A DNA stretch of 64,000 nucleotides from Nemertoderma westbladi (taxonomy: Eukaryota > Animalia > Xenacoelomorpha), in contig JAUCBJ010001302.1 in NCBI GenBank assembly GCA_032718475.1, forward strand, positions 1-64,000, read 5' to 3'. Each line of letters begins with the position of its first letter. The stretch's first letter is position 1. The notes under the pieces were generated by a model, which saw nothing but the letters and a program-made list of their open reading frames with translations, was not told the DNA's origin and made no database searches. Both the position numbers and the translations under genes were made by a program. Positions 47,322 through 58,079 of this stretch are shown in pieces.

Positions 47322-48057
47322 TTTATATTTAACGTCAAGCTACTAATAGTAAAAAACTGTACCGGTAGGTATGTACAACAAGTAAATAAAATCGACTGGA
47401 GACCCAGACATGCATGTAATAGTGATCAGCTGACTGCAGACAGCTGATCGGTAGGTTTCGCCCCAATACAGCGGGCTTTCTCAGGATGTTCCAGCTTGCA
47501 GGACGACAGTAGAGTGAAGTTCCCAAAGGATAAGAACATGCAAAGTGTGATGGGGTTGATACATACTAACTAACCACTGGGAAGCAGCACCACAAACTTA
47601 CGCCAATCACGTTTCTGCTTGTTGATAACTGGCTGGCGCGTGCGAATATAGTACATTTCAAGCTTTTGCAGAACAGGCCACAGAGGGTGCCTAGCAATAA
47701 CTTTGAAATGCTTAAAAAGCTCGCGCCAGTCAGTCAGCCAACGAGTATTGGGCTCGCCGCGGTGCGTCATGATGTGGTTGTACACAGTCTTGCCCTGCTC
47801 GTATATAGTTAGCATGTATCAGCCCCATCACACTTTGCCTGTTCTTCTCCTTTGGGAACTTCACTCTACTGTCGTCCTGCAAGCTTGAGCATCCTGAGAA
47901 AGCCCGCTGTATTGGGGCGAAATCTACCGATCAGCTGTCTGCAGTCAGCTGATCACTATTACATGCATGTCTGGGTCTCCAGTCGATTTTTATTTACTTG
48001 TTGTACATACCTACCGGTACAGTTTTTTACTATTAGTAGCTTGACGTTAAATATAAA
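47322..48057 (-). mobile_element. 5'-truncated Penelope-like element with inverted pseudo-LTRs
   Basis: Inverted arms of about 250 bp (47322-47572 and 47806-48057). The spacer encodes on the - strand VYNHIMTH..FKVIARH..LQKLEMYYIRTRQPVINKQ, matching the GIY-YIG C-terminal pattern (E..YI....P.(L/I)N.Q). Confidence 0.75.
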
Positions 48058-48508
48058 AAATATAATTATCAACTTTTCAAGCTTTCCTTACTACCACTTT
48101 TTTTAAATGTTTACAATATCTACTGAAATGAAAATATTTTGATTTTAACCAGTATGGCTAAGTATGGCTTAGCGGCCATTGAATGAAACACGATTAGCGG
48201 CTAAAATGCTACTAATCATTCAATCTGTGATGGAATTGGCTGAAGCAATTTAATTTAAAGTAATTTAATTAATATTCATTAATATTTGAGAAATTTTGAC
48301 AAAATTTTCACTAATTTTTGGTTGAAATGTGAAAATTATCTGTAAAAACAGAAATGTAAAAATTCCAGCCGATTACTTTTAAAGAACCGTCGAAACCATT
48401 TCGAATGAGCCAAAAAATAAAATAAAATTGATCAAAAATGGCGAAGGAGTAGTAATTTGAAAAATTAAAAATCTCATTCCGAGATAATTGCCTTCAAAAT
48501 TTAAACAT

Positions 48509-49691
48509 TGTAAAAGCTTCTGTGGGATATAACTGGCCCTTTTGCTTTGCAATCCAGTTTCCCCCCAGGCGCTGGAATACTCTAAAAGGCTCACTAACTC
48601 GAATGGTACAAGCGACCGGCTGATTGGCTGATTTGCTGTACGAGGGGTTCTTTGCTATGTTCTATCGGCCAACCAGAGCTATAGCAGCAGAGTATGCAAC
48701 CAGGACAACCGAGCGGAGTGACTCATTTTGTGTGCTGGCCAAGGGATGCAAAAATCCTGATAGTTCGGCATTTAGATATTCGTGGAACCTGTGGAATCTG
48801 GTGTTCTGCCAATGAGAGCTATTCCTCTCTGTGTAAAAGATACCTGCAACAGGGACAGAGGACAGTGTTGTTATTCCTCCTAGGCCAGGAACACCGGCTC
48901 TAGAATCAATTCGTTTTCATACTTTAGAAGAAACATTAGTAGGCTTAAGATTATAGAGCGTATAACTGTTATCTTGTCACATCTTGTCATATCATATCTT
49001 AACCTACCGTCTTAATGCTATTTACTGTTGTGTTTTGGTTGAATATTATTTGGAGAACATTTATAAAGAACCCAAATTTCCCAATTTTCTTGATACACTA
49101 CAGGTTAGAGAGACGGGTTATATATAGCGATTGCGACTTATATTATTGTGTATGTAGTGAATTTAATGCTATTTGATAAGCACTACATTGGTCCGTTGCT
49201 GTTCTCTCTATATATGATAAAATTCATTGACGGTCGGCAAATTAGTGAGCAGTATTGTGTGTTACCGGTAGTGTGCATGATTGTGACTGATAACTAAGCA
49301 TTTCCTAAAGAATGCGCCTCATACGTGAATCATAAGCCTTACCGACTTGCCGTTGTGATTAGTATAAGTCATATCTCTGTTTACTTAGATAGAGTGCCAC
49401 GTCCTAAAGGAACTGTTAATATTTCCCGAAAGTGAATAATATTAGTCAGAAATTATTTATTAACGATCAATCGAATAATACAGTAGGCTTCACTGCAATA
49501 ATAATCTAAGCCCTCAGAATCCAGCACCCCGGGTATATCCAGCGGGTGAATGGACGCGCACTAGGCTGGCTTCTGCTAATGTTGTGTTTATTGGTATTAA
49601 ATATTTGTCATCTTCTAAAGTATATTTATAAACCAAAAGACATATAAATTTTGGCAGGTTAAACTGCTAAAGGTCTTCAAAAGCGCGTACA
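48509..49691 (+). repeat. 5' LTR of element 2
   Basis: TGTAAAAGC...GCGCGTACA, a direct repeat of 59605-60787. I noticed only two substitutions by eye. Confidence 0.97.
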
Positions 49692-50002
49692 ATAACAGTT
49701 ATTGACTTTATTGCAGTAAACAATAAAGTTGAAAGTACCGGTCAACCGGTAAACCTGAACCGGTACATCTGTAGGTCAGTAGGCCTAACTGCCAGAACCG
49801 GTACTTCTGTAGGTCTGTAGGCCCAACTGTCCTAACCGGTACTTCCAGTATAAGTACATCAGTATTATTCGATTTTGATTATTGTATACCGGTAGGTCTC
49901 GATATTAAATCGGGGACGCCTGGTTTTTATTGGGATTTTACTTAGGTCTATTTCTGTCAGTTTTATTTCCTAGTAAGTTAATATTGAGCTGAAGACGTGT
50001 AA

Positions 50003-50590
50003 GTCTGCTCAGATTGTTCAGATAACTGTAGGCCGGACTGTTGTCGGATTGTTGTTGGGTTTGGAGAGATTACGGTGTGTGTAGAGTTTGTCTGATAAAG
50101 TGCCGTTAGTAAGTTGGGGCAGCCATAGCTGTAAGGTCAATCCCCTCTTAAAGAATAAGTCGTACTACCGTGTTAGAACGCATACTAACTAACCGTTTTG
50201 GAATCTGCACATACTGTAGTTTATTTAGGCTTGACAGTATTCTGCCAACGTTTTGGCCTGTGTTTGTTTGTGTGGTCTGTTCAGGTACCGTAATAGTTAT
50301 TACTCAGATATTTGTAGGCTGGATTGTTGTCTAGCTATTATTAGGTCTGAAGAGATTGCTGCGTGTATAGAGTTTGTCTGATAAAGTGCCGTTAGTAAGT
50401 TGGGGCAGCCATAGCTGTAAGGTCAATCCCCTCTTAAAGAATAAGTCGTACTACCGTGTTAGAACGCATACTAACTAACCATTTCAGAATCTACACGTAC
50501 GGTAGTTTATTTAGGCTTGGTGGTAGTCTGCCAGCGTTTTGGTTTGTATTTGTTTGAGTATTCTGTACGGGTAGCGTAATATTTATTATT
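50003..50590 (+). repeat. Tandem duplication (period about 287 bp) in the element 2 leader
   Basis: Identical core of about 110 bp (AGAGTTTGTCTGATAAAG..CTAACTAACC) near 50083 and 50369, with diverged flanks. Confidence 0.85.
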
Positions 50591-51886
50591 CAGAGTTTAT
50601 GTGATTATTCGCAACATTCATGTCCCCAAGTTTATTCCTACAGTAATTGTGCTTGTTATACATACCGTTATAGTTAAATTAACCCCGGTACTACACGGGC
50701 TGCTTGGCGTAGGAAAAGACTGGTGACTTTGTGCTTCGGTCACTCCAGCAGATGCCGTGGTTCTTTTAACTGTTCAAGTATATTTAACTACTGATTATTT
50801 GTTGTACCAGTACTTGTACCTAATTTAGGGTTTAGTGTACAGTGCTTTCCGAAAGTAATTAGTGTGTAGGCAGTATATTTGTGTTGTAAAGTGGTTAATA
50901 GGCACGCTGGATCTGGTAGTCCGCGGTAATTAACTTCTAGGTAGGAACACTCCGTGATACATAACGTAGTACCTATAGCGATACGGCTATAGGTCGTCAG
51001 GCGGTGGTATTTTCCTATCTGGACAGTGCAATATATTTACTACTACTTATTATTTTCAAATACCGTAGTACCCTGTCCGTTGTAATAACCAGAAATCTAA
51101 CCCTTTGTTAGGCTGGTTTGTAGTTTCCCTGTAAAATTACCCTAAAAATTTCGTACGTAATATTTGTTGTTGTGTTTTAATTAGAGAATTAATCTCACCC
51201 ATATCGTAAGTAATTTGTAGTATTAAGTAACTTAGGTAAATTAGAATTATCTGTTTTAGTGTCCAATAAATAGCACTTCACTGAGAGCGCACAGCTTCTG
51301 TGTAGTGAACCCCAGAAATAATAACATTTATTTCAAATATTGACAAAACCCTTTTAAACGGGTATATATAGATTATAAATCAATTCAAACGATTTATAAA
51401 TAGTAGGCCTGCCATACAACAACTAGGTCTCAAAATCAGTTGGACTACTGCTTAAATAACAGTAATAAAGTAAGTTAAAGTAACCAAGTAACCCTAAAAT
51501 ATTCAGAAATTCAATTATTCTAAAATAATTGACATACCGGTATTTACCATAGGCTTATTATATTTATTTCTATAAATTTGAGCTGAAATCATACCGGTAC
51601 TCTGTACTTAATTCTAGTCCATAATTATACTTATATATACTATCAGTGTAAGCTGTATACCGGTATTCACGATAGGTCTATTATATATTTATATATATTT
51701 GTGCTAAAATTATATACTGGTACTCTGTGACAAAACTAGTTTACCATACTTATATATATTATAAGTGCATACCGGTATTCTAATATACTGCAATAAATTA
51801 CTGGTACTAGGCCAACGGTCATACTGAATTACTAGACTTGCTTTAACTGTAACTATAGCAGTAAGCATTCAACTGTATAGCTAAAC

Positions 51887-54800
51887 ATGTCTGACACTCA
51901 GAAAAACCTGTCAGACAGTCTAATCGATACAACCATCTGTGACACAGATAGGAGTGTGGAGCGATTAAGAAAGGAGTTCAGCTCACCTCCTACTGAAAGA
52001 AAAGTCATCCCTCCAGTAGTGGTATCAGACCCTAAGCTAATCCAACACCGTAGGTCTATAATCGGCACTCGGGCCCAAGTCAAACGGAACCAGGAAGCAG
52101 CTGTCCCACAGCAGCAACAGCCTAGTCAAGAAACTTGTTCCCAGCGATCCGATAGCTCCAGTAGTTCGGATACTGTCGAGCTGAACCCCGAACGCGGATT
52201 GCAGATGGCGGCAAAAGCCTACTCGGACCCCCTTCTCACCCTTCCTGCCGCAGTGCTAACTACTATATTGATTGCGGTGGAGGAACATCAAGCCGACTGG
52301 GCGAGAAATAAGCGAGCGACCCAAGATAATTATGCGGAATACGCCAGGGAAGAATTGATGTCTATTGTCGAGTCACAATGGAACTTTCCCGGACCCGGAC
52401 TCCCGTTAGATCTGTCCGAGGCAACTTGGGAAGATATACACAGGATGGGAGTGGTTAAAGATACAATGGATCCAGCTGTTTGGAAGAGGTCGGCAGCAGG
52501 ATATGTGCAGGGGTTCTTCGGCTCCTTAGAGAGATTAGAAGAACAACTGTTTCGACAACCCCAAGGACCTCAAGAGCAGGAAGAACTGCTATATCAAGTA
52601 CGCGAAAGAACCCTACGCATTCGACTAATCCTATCAGCCTTTGAGGAAACTTCCAAAAGAAGACAGGACACGTCGCTGCAGGTTGCTGTCAAAACTTGGT
52701 TCCAGCGGGTAGGCCTCAAAGTACAAGAAACGGACCAGTGGAAATCCCAGCTGTCTGAGAGACTAACCTATGAAGAACCAACCGATGCCACCCTTCCTCA
52801 AGTGGAAGGCGAAGAGACCGCAGAGAGACCACGAACAAGAGACGCCATCGACATTTATCTGTCCGACTATCAGCGATTCCTAGGAGACGAAGAGTTGAGG
52901 AGACGGCTGTCTGGACTTTCCCCTAATAGTGAAGGAACCCAGCGTGTGTTGGACTCAATTGATGCTGAAATGTTAGCTGCAAACCAAGCTAAATTTGATG
53001 AAAAACTTCGCCTCGCTAGAGTCCAAGAAGAACAAGTAAAGAAAAGACGGATAGAGGAACAAAAGGCGGCGGCCATGGCAGAAGCAGAAGTAGAAAGAAA
53101 GGCAGCGGCGGCAGAAGCAGAAGCGGAAAGAAAGGCGGCAAAGGCAGTGGCAGAAGCAGAACGGAGAGCGTCTGAGCAGACTACCCAACTGGAGTTGGAA
53201 AATCTGCAAGAGACGCAAGACAACATAAATAAACAGTTAACTGCTAGTCAAATGCAGATGATGAGACGATCTACTCCCAAACGCCAGGGATACACATCAT
53301 CGGAGGAAAGCGAAACCACCGATCCTGAAGGCGGAGGAAATAGATCTCGTCTAAGCAGGCGTAGAAAAACATCTCACCGTCACAAATTGCCTGATTTGCC
53401 CCCAGCTGTTAGAAGACAGCTAGCTAGCACAGACTTAGGTATTACGGAACCCACAGACCAAACTATTCAGGTCAAAAGACTCCCTACAATAGTTGATGAG
53501 CCTGAAATAATTAGGCCTGTCGTTCCCAAAGTCACTTCTGTGTTAGAGACCCCTGTACTTCCAGAGCTTAACTCTAAATTCCCTTTACATAGTACTACAC
53601 TGCCTGTACCCGGTAGAACAGTCCATGAGAATATCCCTGTCCTGATAGCTGAGAGAGAAATCAAAGATTTGTCTCCCGTCGTCCCACGTCAGCCCACTAC
53701 AATGTTGGCGACTCCCGCTTCGGCGGTCGAGTGGGTAGAGGAGGGACGGCGGGGGATGAATCTCCTGCTCGGACAGATGCAGGAGACTGTCCACCAGCTT
53801 AAGGGAACAGTAAGGGAAGGTAGGGCCGAATTGCAAGAAGTGCAGCAAAGTATCGCGCTAGAACGCGACAAATTAGTCAATATCCAAAAGGGCATACCAA
53901 TACCCCCTGTAACATTGTGTCAACCGGTTAGGTCTGAAGTATTACATGCGCAAGGTGTGGAGCCTACACGCATCTATACTGCTAGTGAAGTAGAAACTCC
54001 TATAGCAAACCCTATTAAGGGTGATTATAAACCTGTTGTTAATGATATTCCCTATAGACCTGCTAATGATCCGAGAAATTCATATACCGATAATTCGATA
54101 TTAAATAACACGATGGCCCAAGAAAGCTTTACGCGTCAGATGGCTAGAACAGAAGCCCGACAAGCGGTCAAAGTGGGAGAGATCGTCAAATTCAATGGAG
54201 ATGAGATGAAGTGGTTACCTTTCAACGAATATTACAAAGACAGCATACAGAACTCTGTGCTATCTAACGGAGAGAAACTTAGGTTCCTCATCAAGTGCTT
54301 GGAAGGACCTCCCAAGTTAATGGCGTTAAAGTTTATTGGACATCCAGAAGGATTAAGACAAGTTTGGGATACATTAAACATCAGGTATGGTAACAAGGAT
54401 AACATAGCTAAGTATTTGTATGCAAAATTAGTAGCCCCCCGACACTTCCTTAGTAGCGGGATTATAGAGTTTTCCGATGAGATTCAAGAGATCTGTAGAC
54501 AACTGGACTGGTTAGGTAAGTCGCATGAATATCAGAGTTCCATGGTTATTGGAGCCGTAGTCTCTACTTTACCAAAGGGTGGAGTATGTACACGCTGGGA
54601 CAAGAAAGTGTTGTACATGAATGAACAACAACGACGAAGCCCTACCATGGCTGATCTCATGTCCTTCTTAGATAGTGAAGTAAAATTACAACTCATAAAG
54701 CAGTCCAGAGAGAAAACATCGGAAAATAAGGTAAGTGAGAAACCCGTTTCTAGGAGAAGGATAATACCAGTGTGTTATACTGACGACGGCGAAAGCCAAG

Positions 54801-56455
54801 CTTCTCAAGAAGAGGACAGCGGGAAAGACACAGCAAAATCTTACTATGACAACAAGACCTATAAAGACGTAAGTAAATACAAGTCTCGAACCAGTGACAG
54901 GAGAGAACAGGTAACAACAACTCCTCCTACGTCTCCTAAGAGAATTCACGGAAGAAAGCCCGAAGAAAGAACGAGAGTGCATAACGTTACCCAAGGTAAG
55001 GTGAGTAACATCAAACCAAAATGTGCGCTGTGCGACGGGCCCCACCGTTTGAGTGCGTGTGCTGAATTTCTAAAGAAATCCCTTGTAGACAGACGTACAG
55101 TCCTGTGGAATAAGCGGTTATGCTATAATTGCCTCAGATCAGGACACCAACGGCGAACCTGTTACTCCGACGTAAAGTGTGCAAAGTGTGGCGCGAAACA
55201 TCACATCTTGTTACACAGTGAGTTCGAACGAGACAACCCGAGTCAGGTAAGTGAGCCCGAACTACATGTCCAATTCAGTGATGTAAATGACACTGATCAA
55301 GAGTCTGAGATGGAAGGATTCTATACTGACGAATTCTCCGACGCCAACGAATCCTGTTACCTAATAAATACCTCAGTGTATCGAGCACTTACTTATGAAA
55401 AGGACACCGACAATGAGTTCCCCCCAACTACTTTTGCCAGACAACCATCTTGGAAAGCTCCAACTTCCAACGTAGGAATCAGAGAATTTCCTGTAGTGCA
55501 GGTAAGAGTTCATGGTCCTAACAAAAGTTACATAGTGAACGCCCTCCTTGACTCCGGCAGCACAGGAACATTCATCGATCAAGAACTAGCCGAAGATATC
55601 TTTGCTGGACAACCCAAATTCCGGACTAAATTGAATATGTTAGGAATTATGCAGGTTTGGAAATCTACCCTAACGGCAGATTACTATGTAGGTGTGTTGT
55701 CCACCCCCCAGGATAAATTAGGAGCACAAGGTATAAGGTCGGTAAAAATGGTGGCTATAAAGAACTTCGCTACTACCCAAGCAGACCTTTATAATTGGGA
55801 CGAGGATGAGAGCATCCAACATCTTAAGATACCTCGATTCCAGACAGATTATCCTGGAGTGCAAATACTCATCGGCCAAAACGCGCATGAGGCGCTCGAG
55901 ACATTGGAGAAACGGCCTGCTCAACCGCAGCCACTACAAACCTATGCGGTAAGAACTAGAGTAGGTTGGTACTTCACTGGCCCTTCCCGTAGAACTCTCA
56001 AAGAGAGATTACCTCAACAACAGGTATACCAAGTAAAGGAATGGGAAGTGGAGAGCAGTGATGTGGACGATCCAACTGAGGGAACACCATACTCCTCAGA
56101 TAATGACGATATTAACTCCAATGTAGATCAATGGAGACATTGCCTTGGGACGATTAATCCAGCCGACATCGCTTCCAGAGGAGCAACTCCTCAAGAACTG
56201 ATAGATACTCCAGGCTGGTTAGGTGGATCCGACTTCTTAAGTAAAGAAGAAGAAGAATGGCCTCCTCATCTTACCCCGGTGAAGATTAGACAGGCCAAGG
56301 GAGCGGAGAAAGTAACACAACAACTAAATCGCCCAGCTAGTCGTTTATGTTTACTGGAAAGAGACCGAAAACTGTCCGGAAACTATGGAAGGCAAGATAC
56401 TCTTCCTACGACCACTTCCCTAATCCGACAAATATCTAGGGACTCCATAACGTAA
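51887..56455 (+). CDS. BEL/Pao Gag-protease fused in frame to RNase H and integrase remnants (1522 aa)
   Basis: Gag KFNGD..W..F, three knuckles (CALC..H..C, CYNC....H....C, CAKC...HH.LLH), protease LLDSGS, then directly QWRHCLGTINPADIASRG..W..G..FL..W and VKIR..LNRPASRLCLLE. No YxDD or DDE core. Confidence 0.93.
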   Translation: MSDTQKNLSDSLIDTTICDTDRSVERLRKEFSSPPTERKVIPPVVVSDPKLIQHRRSIIGTRAQVKRNQEAAVPQQQQPSQETCSQRSDSSSSSDTVELNPERGLQMAAKAYSDPLLTLPAAVLTTILIAVEEHQADWARNKRATQDNYAEYAREELMSIVESQWNFPGPGLPLDLSEATWEDIHRMGVVKDTMDPAVWKRSAAGYVQGFFGSLERLEEQLFRQPQGPQEQEELLYQVRERTLRIRLILSAFEETSKRRQDTSLQVAVKTWFQRVGLKVQETDQWKSQLSERLTYEEPTDATLPQVEGEETAERPRTRDAIDIYLSDYQRFLGDEELRRRLSGLSPNSEGTQRVLDSIDAEMLAANQAKFDEKLRLARVQEEQVKKRRIEEQKAAAMAEAEVERKAAAAEAEAERKAAKAVAEAERRASEQTTQLELENLQETQDNINKQLTASQMQMMRRSTPKRQGYTSSEESETTDPEGGGNRSRLSRRRKTSHRHKLPDLPPAVRRQLASTDLGITEPTDQTIQVKRLPTIVDEPEIIRPVVPKVTSVLETPVLPELNSKFPLHSTTLPVPGRTVHENIPVLIAEREIKDLSPVVPRQPTTMLATPASAVEWVEEGRRGMNLLLGQMQETVHQLKGTVREGRAELQEVQQSIALERDKLVNIQKGIPIPPVTLCQPVRSEVLHAQGVEPTRIYTASEVETPIANPIKGDYKPVVNDIPYRPANDPRNSYTDNSILNNTMAQESFTRQMARTEARQAVKVGEIVKFNGDEMKWLPFNEYYKDSIQNSVLSNGEKLRFLIKCLEGPPKLMALKFIGHPEGLRQVWDTLNIRYGNKDNIAKYLYAKLVAPRHFLSSGIIEFSDEIQEICRQLDWLGKSHEYQSSMVIGAVVSTLPKGGVCTRWDKKVLYMNEQQRRSPTMADLMSFLDSEVKLQLIKQSREKTSENKVSEKPVSRRRIIPVCYTDDGESQASQEEDSGKDTAKSYYDNKTYKDVSKYKSRTSDRREQVTTTPPTSPKRIHGRKPEERTRVHNVTQGKVSNIKPKCALCDGPHRLSACAEFLKKSLVDRRTVLWNKRLCYNCLRSGHQRRTCYSDVKCAKCGAKHHILLHSEFERDNPSQVSEPELHVQFSDVNDTDQESEMEGFYTDEFSDANESCYLINTSVYRALTYEKDTDNEFPPTTFARQPSWKAPTSNVGIREFPVVQVRVHGPNKSYIVNALLDSGSTGTFIDQELAEDIFAGQPKFRTKLNMLGIMQVWKSTLTADYYVGVLSTPQDKLGAQGIRSVKMVAIKNFATTQADLYNWDEDESIQHLKIPRFQTDYPGVQILIGQNAHEALETLEKRPAQPQPLQTYAVRTRVGWYFTGPSRRTLKERLPQQQVYQVKEWEVESSDVDDPTEGTPYSSDNDDINSNVDQWRHCLGTINPADIASRGATPQELIDTPGWLGGSDFLSKEEEEWPPHLTPVKIRQAKGAEKVTQQLNRPASRLCLLERDRKLSGNYGRQDTLPTTTSLIRQISRDSIT

Positions 56456-58079
56456 TAACATATGGAGTGGGCGTGTGACTATATCATTTTATATTTGTTT
56501 TTATTTTATATTTATGTATGTATTATTATGTAATTTTATTATAATCGTTTTCTTTAATTTTATTTAGTAGAATGTTATTTTAGTGATTATTTAGTAGATT
56601 AGTGCAATATATTAGTGTTTATTACGTACGTAATTACTTATAATATATATTTAGTGCGACGGCGAGAAATAATTATTTTTTCTCTTTCCTTACTGTCCGT
56701 ATCATATTATAAATACGTGACTACAGTAAGATGAAATGTCCGTACTTATTAAAGTACAATAAAGCTCCTACTATACTTAAGTATTATTGGTAGGCAGAGT
56801 ATTAGGAATGCAAAGTTCAGATCCTCGTGTCTCGGCTAAACCAAGCTCTGGGTAGACCTTGGAAACGACTTGCCTGTTCACACTGACATTGCTTCGTGCG
56901 ATATTGCTCTCATACCATATATAATAATACATATAGTAGCGTGATGTCCCTATAACAGTAGCGTGAAACGCAAATAAATCTGTTAAACTTTTTGACCATC
57001 TGTAATTCTAGTCGATTAAGATATCGTGGCACCCACCGATATACTTGAAAGACAAATTCTAGAATCAGTGGTTAACGTCCCCAGACAAGCTCTGGAATAA
57101 ATCGGTGCCCATCTTAAATATTAATTTAATATTTAGTAAAATCTGTAAAATTCAGATCCTTTAAATTTCTAGTCAATTAAGATATCGTAGCCTTTACCGA
57201 TACTCTTAAAAGACAAATTTCATAGAATTAAGGATCCTATGTCCCCAGACCTGCTCTGGAATCAAATTGTGTCAATTTTAACATCAAATAATAAAATTCA
57301 CGGGAATAAATTTAAATTCATATTTTAAATGAATTTCATAAATTGTCATTTTGTACAATTTATAACATTCCCAAAATTCCATTAATTAATAGATCATGGG
57401 AGCGGAGATTCATCCTATTGAGTGTATTAGAGTGCGAGAATCTCCAACATATAGTCAATAGCCGATAAAAATAATAAAATCATGCATAAAGAGAATATTG
57501 ACAATTAAAGAATTATTATTAAATAGCATCCCAGATCTGTATGCATGAGAATTACCCTAATTCTACCGCTAGCATTCCATAATGTCACCATAGCAACACC
57601 CACGCTAGAATTAGAAGCAAGTTAAAAGAACAATAGAAAGCTTGTCCCATTGCATAGCATAGAGAATATAGCACACTACTAGTATCCAAGGACACACAGT
57701 AATAACGTGACATTCTGGAAGGCACTGACTAATGGACAAATGGCCTGTATGTGTGCAGTTTGTGACAGTTGTGTGGAATTTGTGCGTTTATAGGTGAATG
57801 TTACTGCTAAAGTATGTTTACAGTAGCTAGTCGCAATTGTAAAAATAGCCCAACTCTCCTATAGAAAGAACCTAAGTGGATCCAAGCCTTTGGGACGGAC
57901 AGTGGAGTGACTTGTGCCGGTTATCGTTGTCGTGCTGTTGCTACATGTTGGCGTAAACACCGCGACGACGGTACATCGGCGCTGAGAATCCCACTGTCCG
58001 GGGGCAAAGAGAAGTAGGCAGCGACGCCCGCTCGCCTAAATATAAACTTATTTGATATTAATAAACTCAGATAGCAGAT

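Noticed and set aside
48624-48903. Small ORFs duplicated at 59720-59999
   Set aside because: They are duplicated only because they lie in the LTRs, and have no protein motifs.
50960-51000. CTGACGA plus strong hairpin on the - strand (hammerhead candidate)
   Set aside because: The stem is followed by TACT rather than GAAA, so the catalytic core is incomplete.
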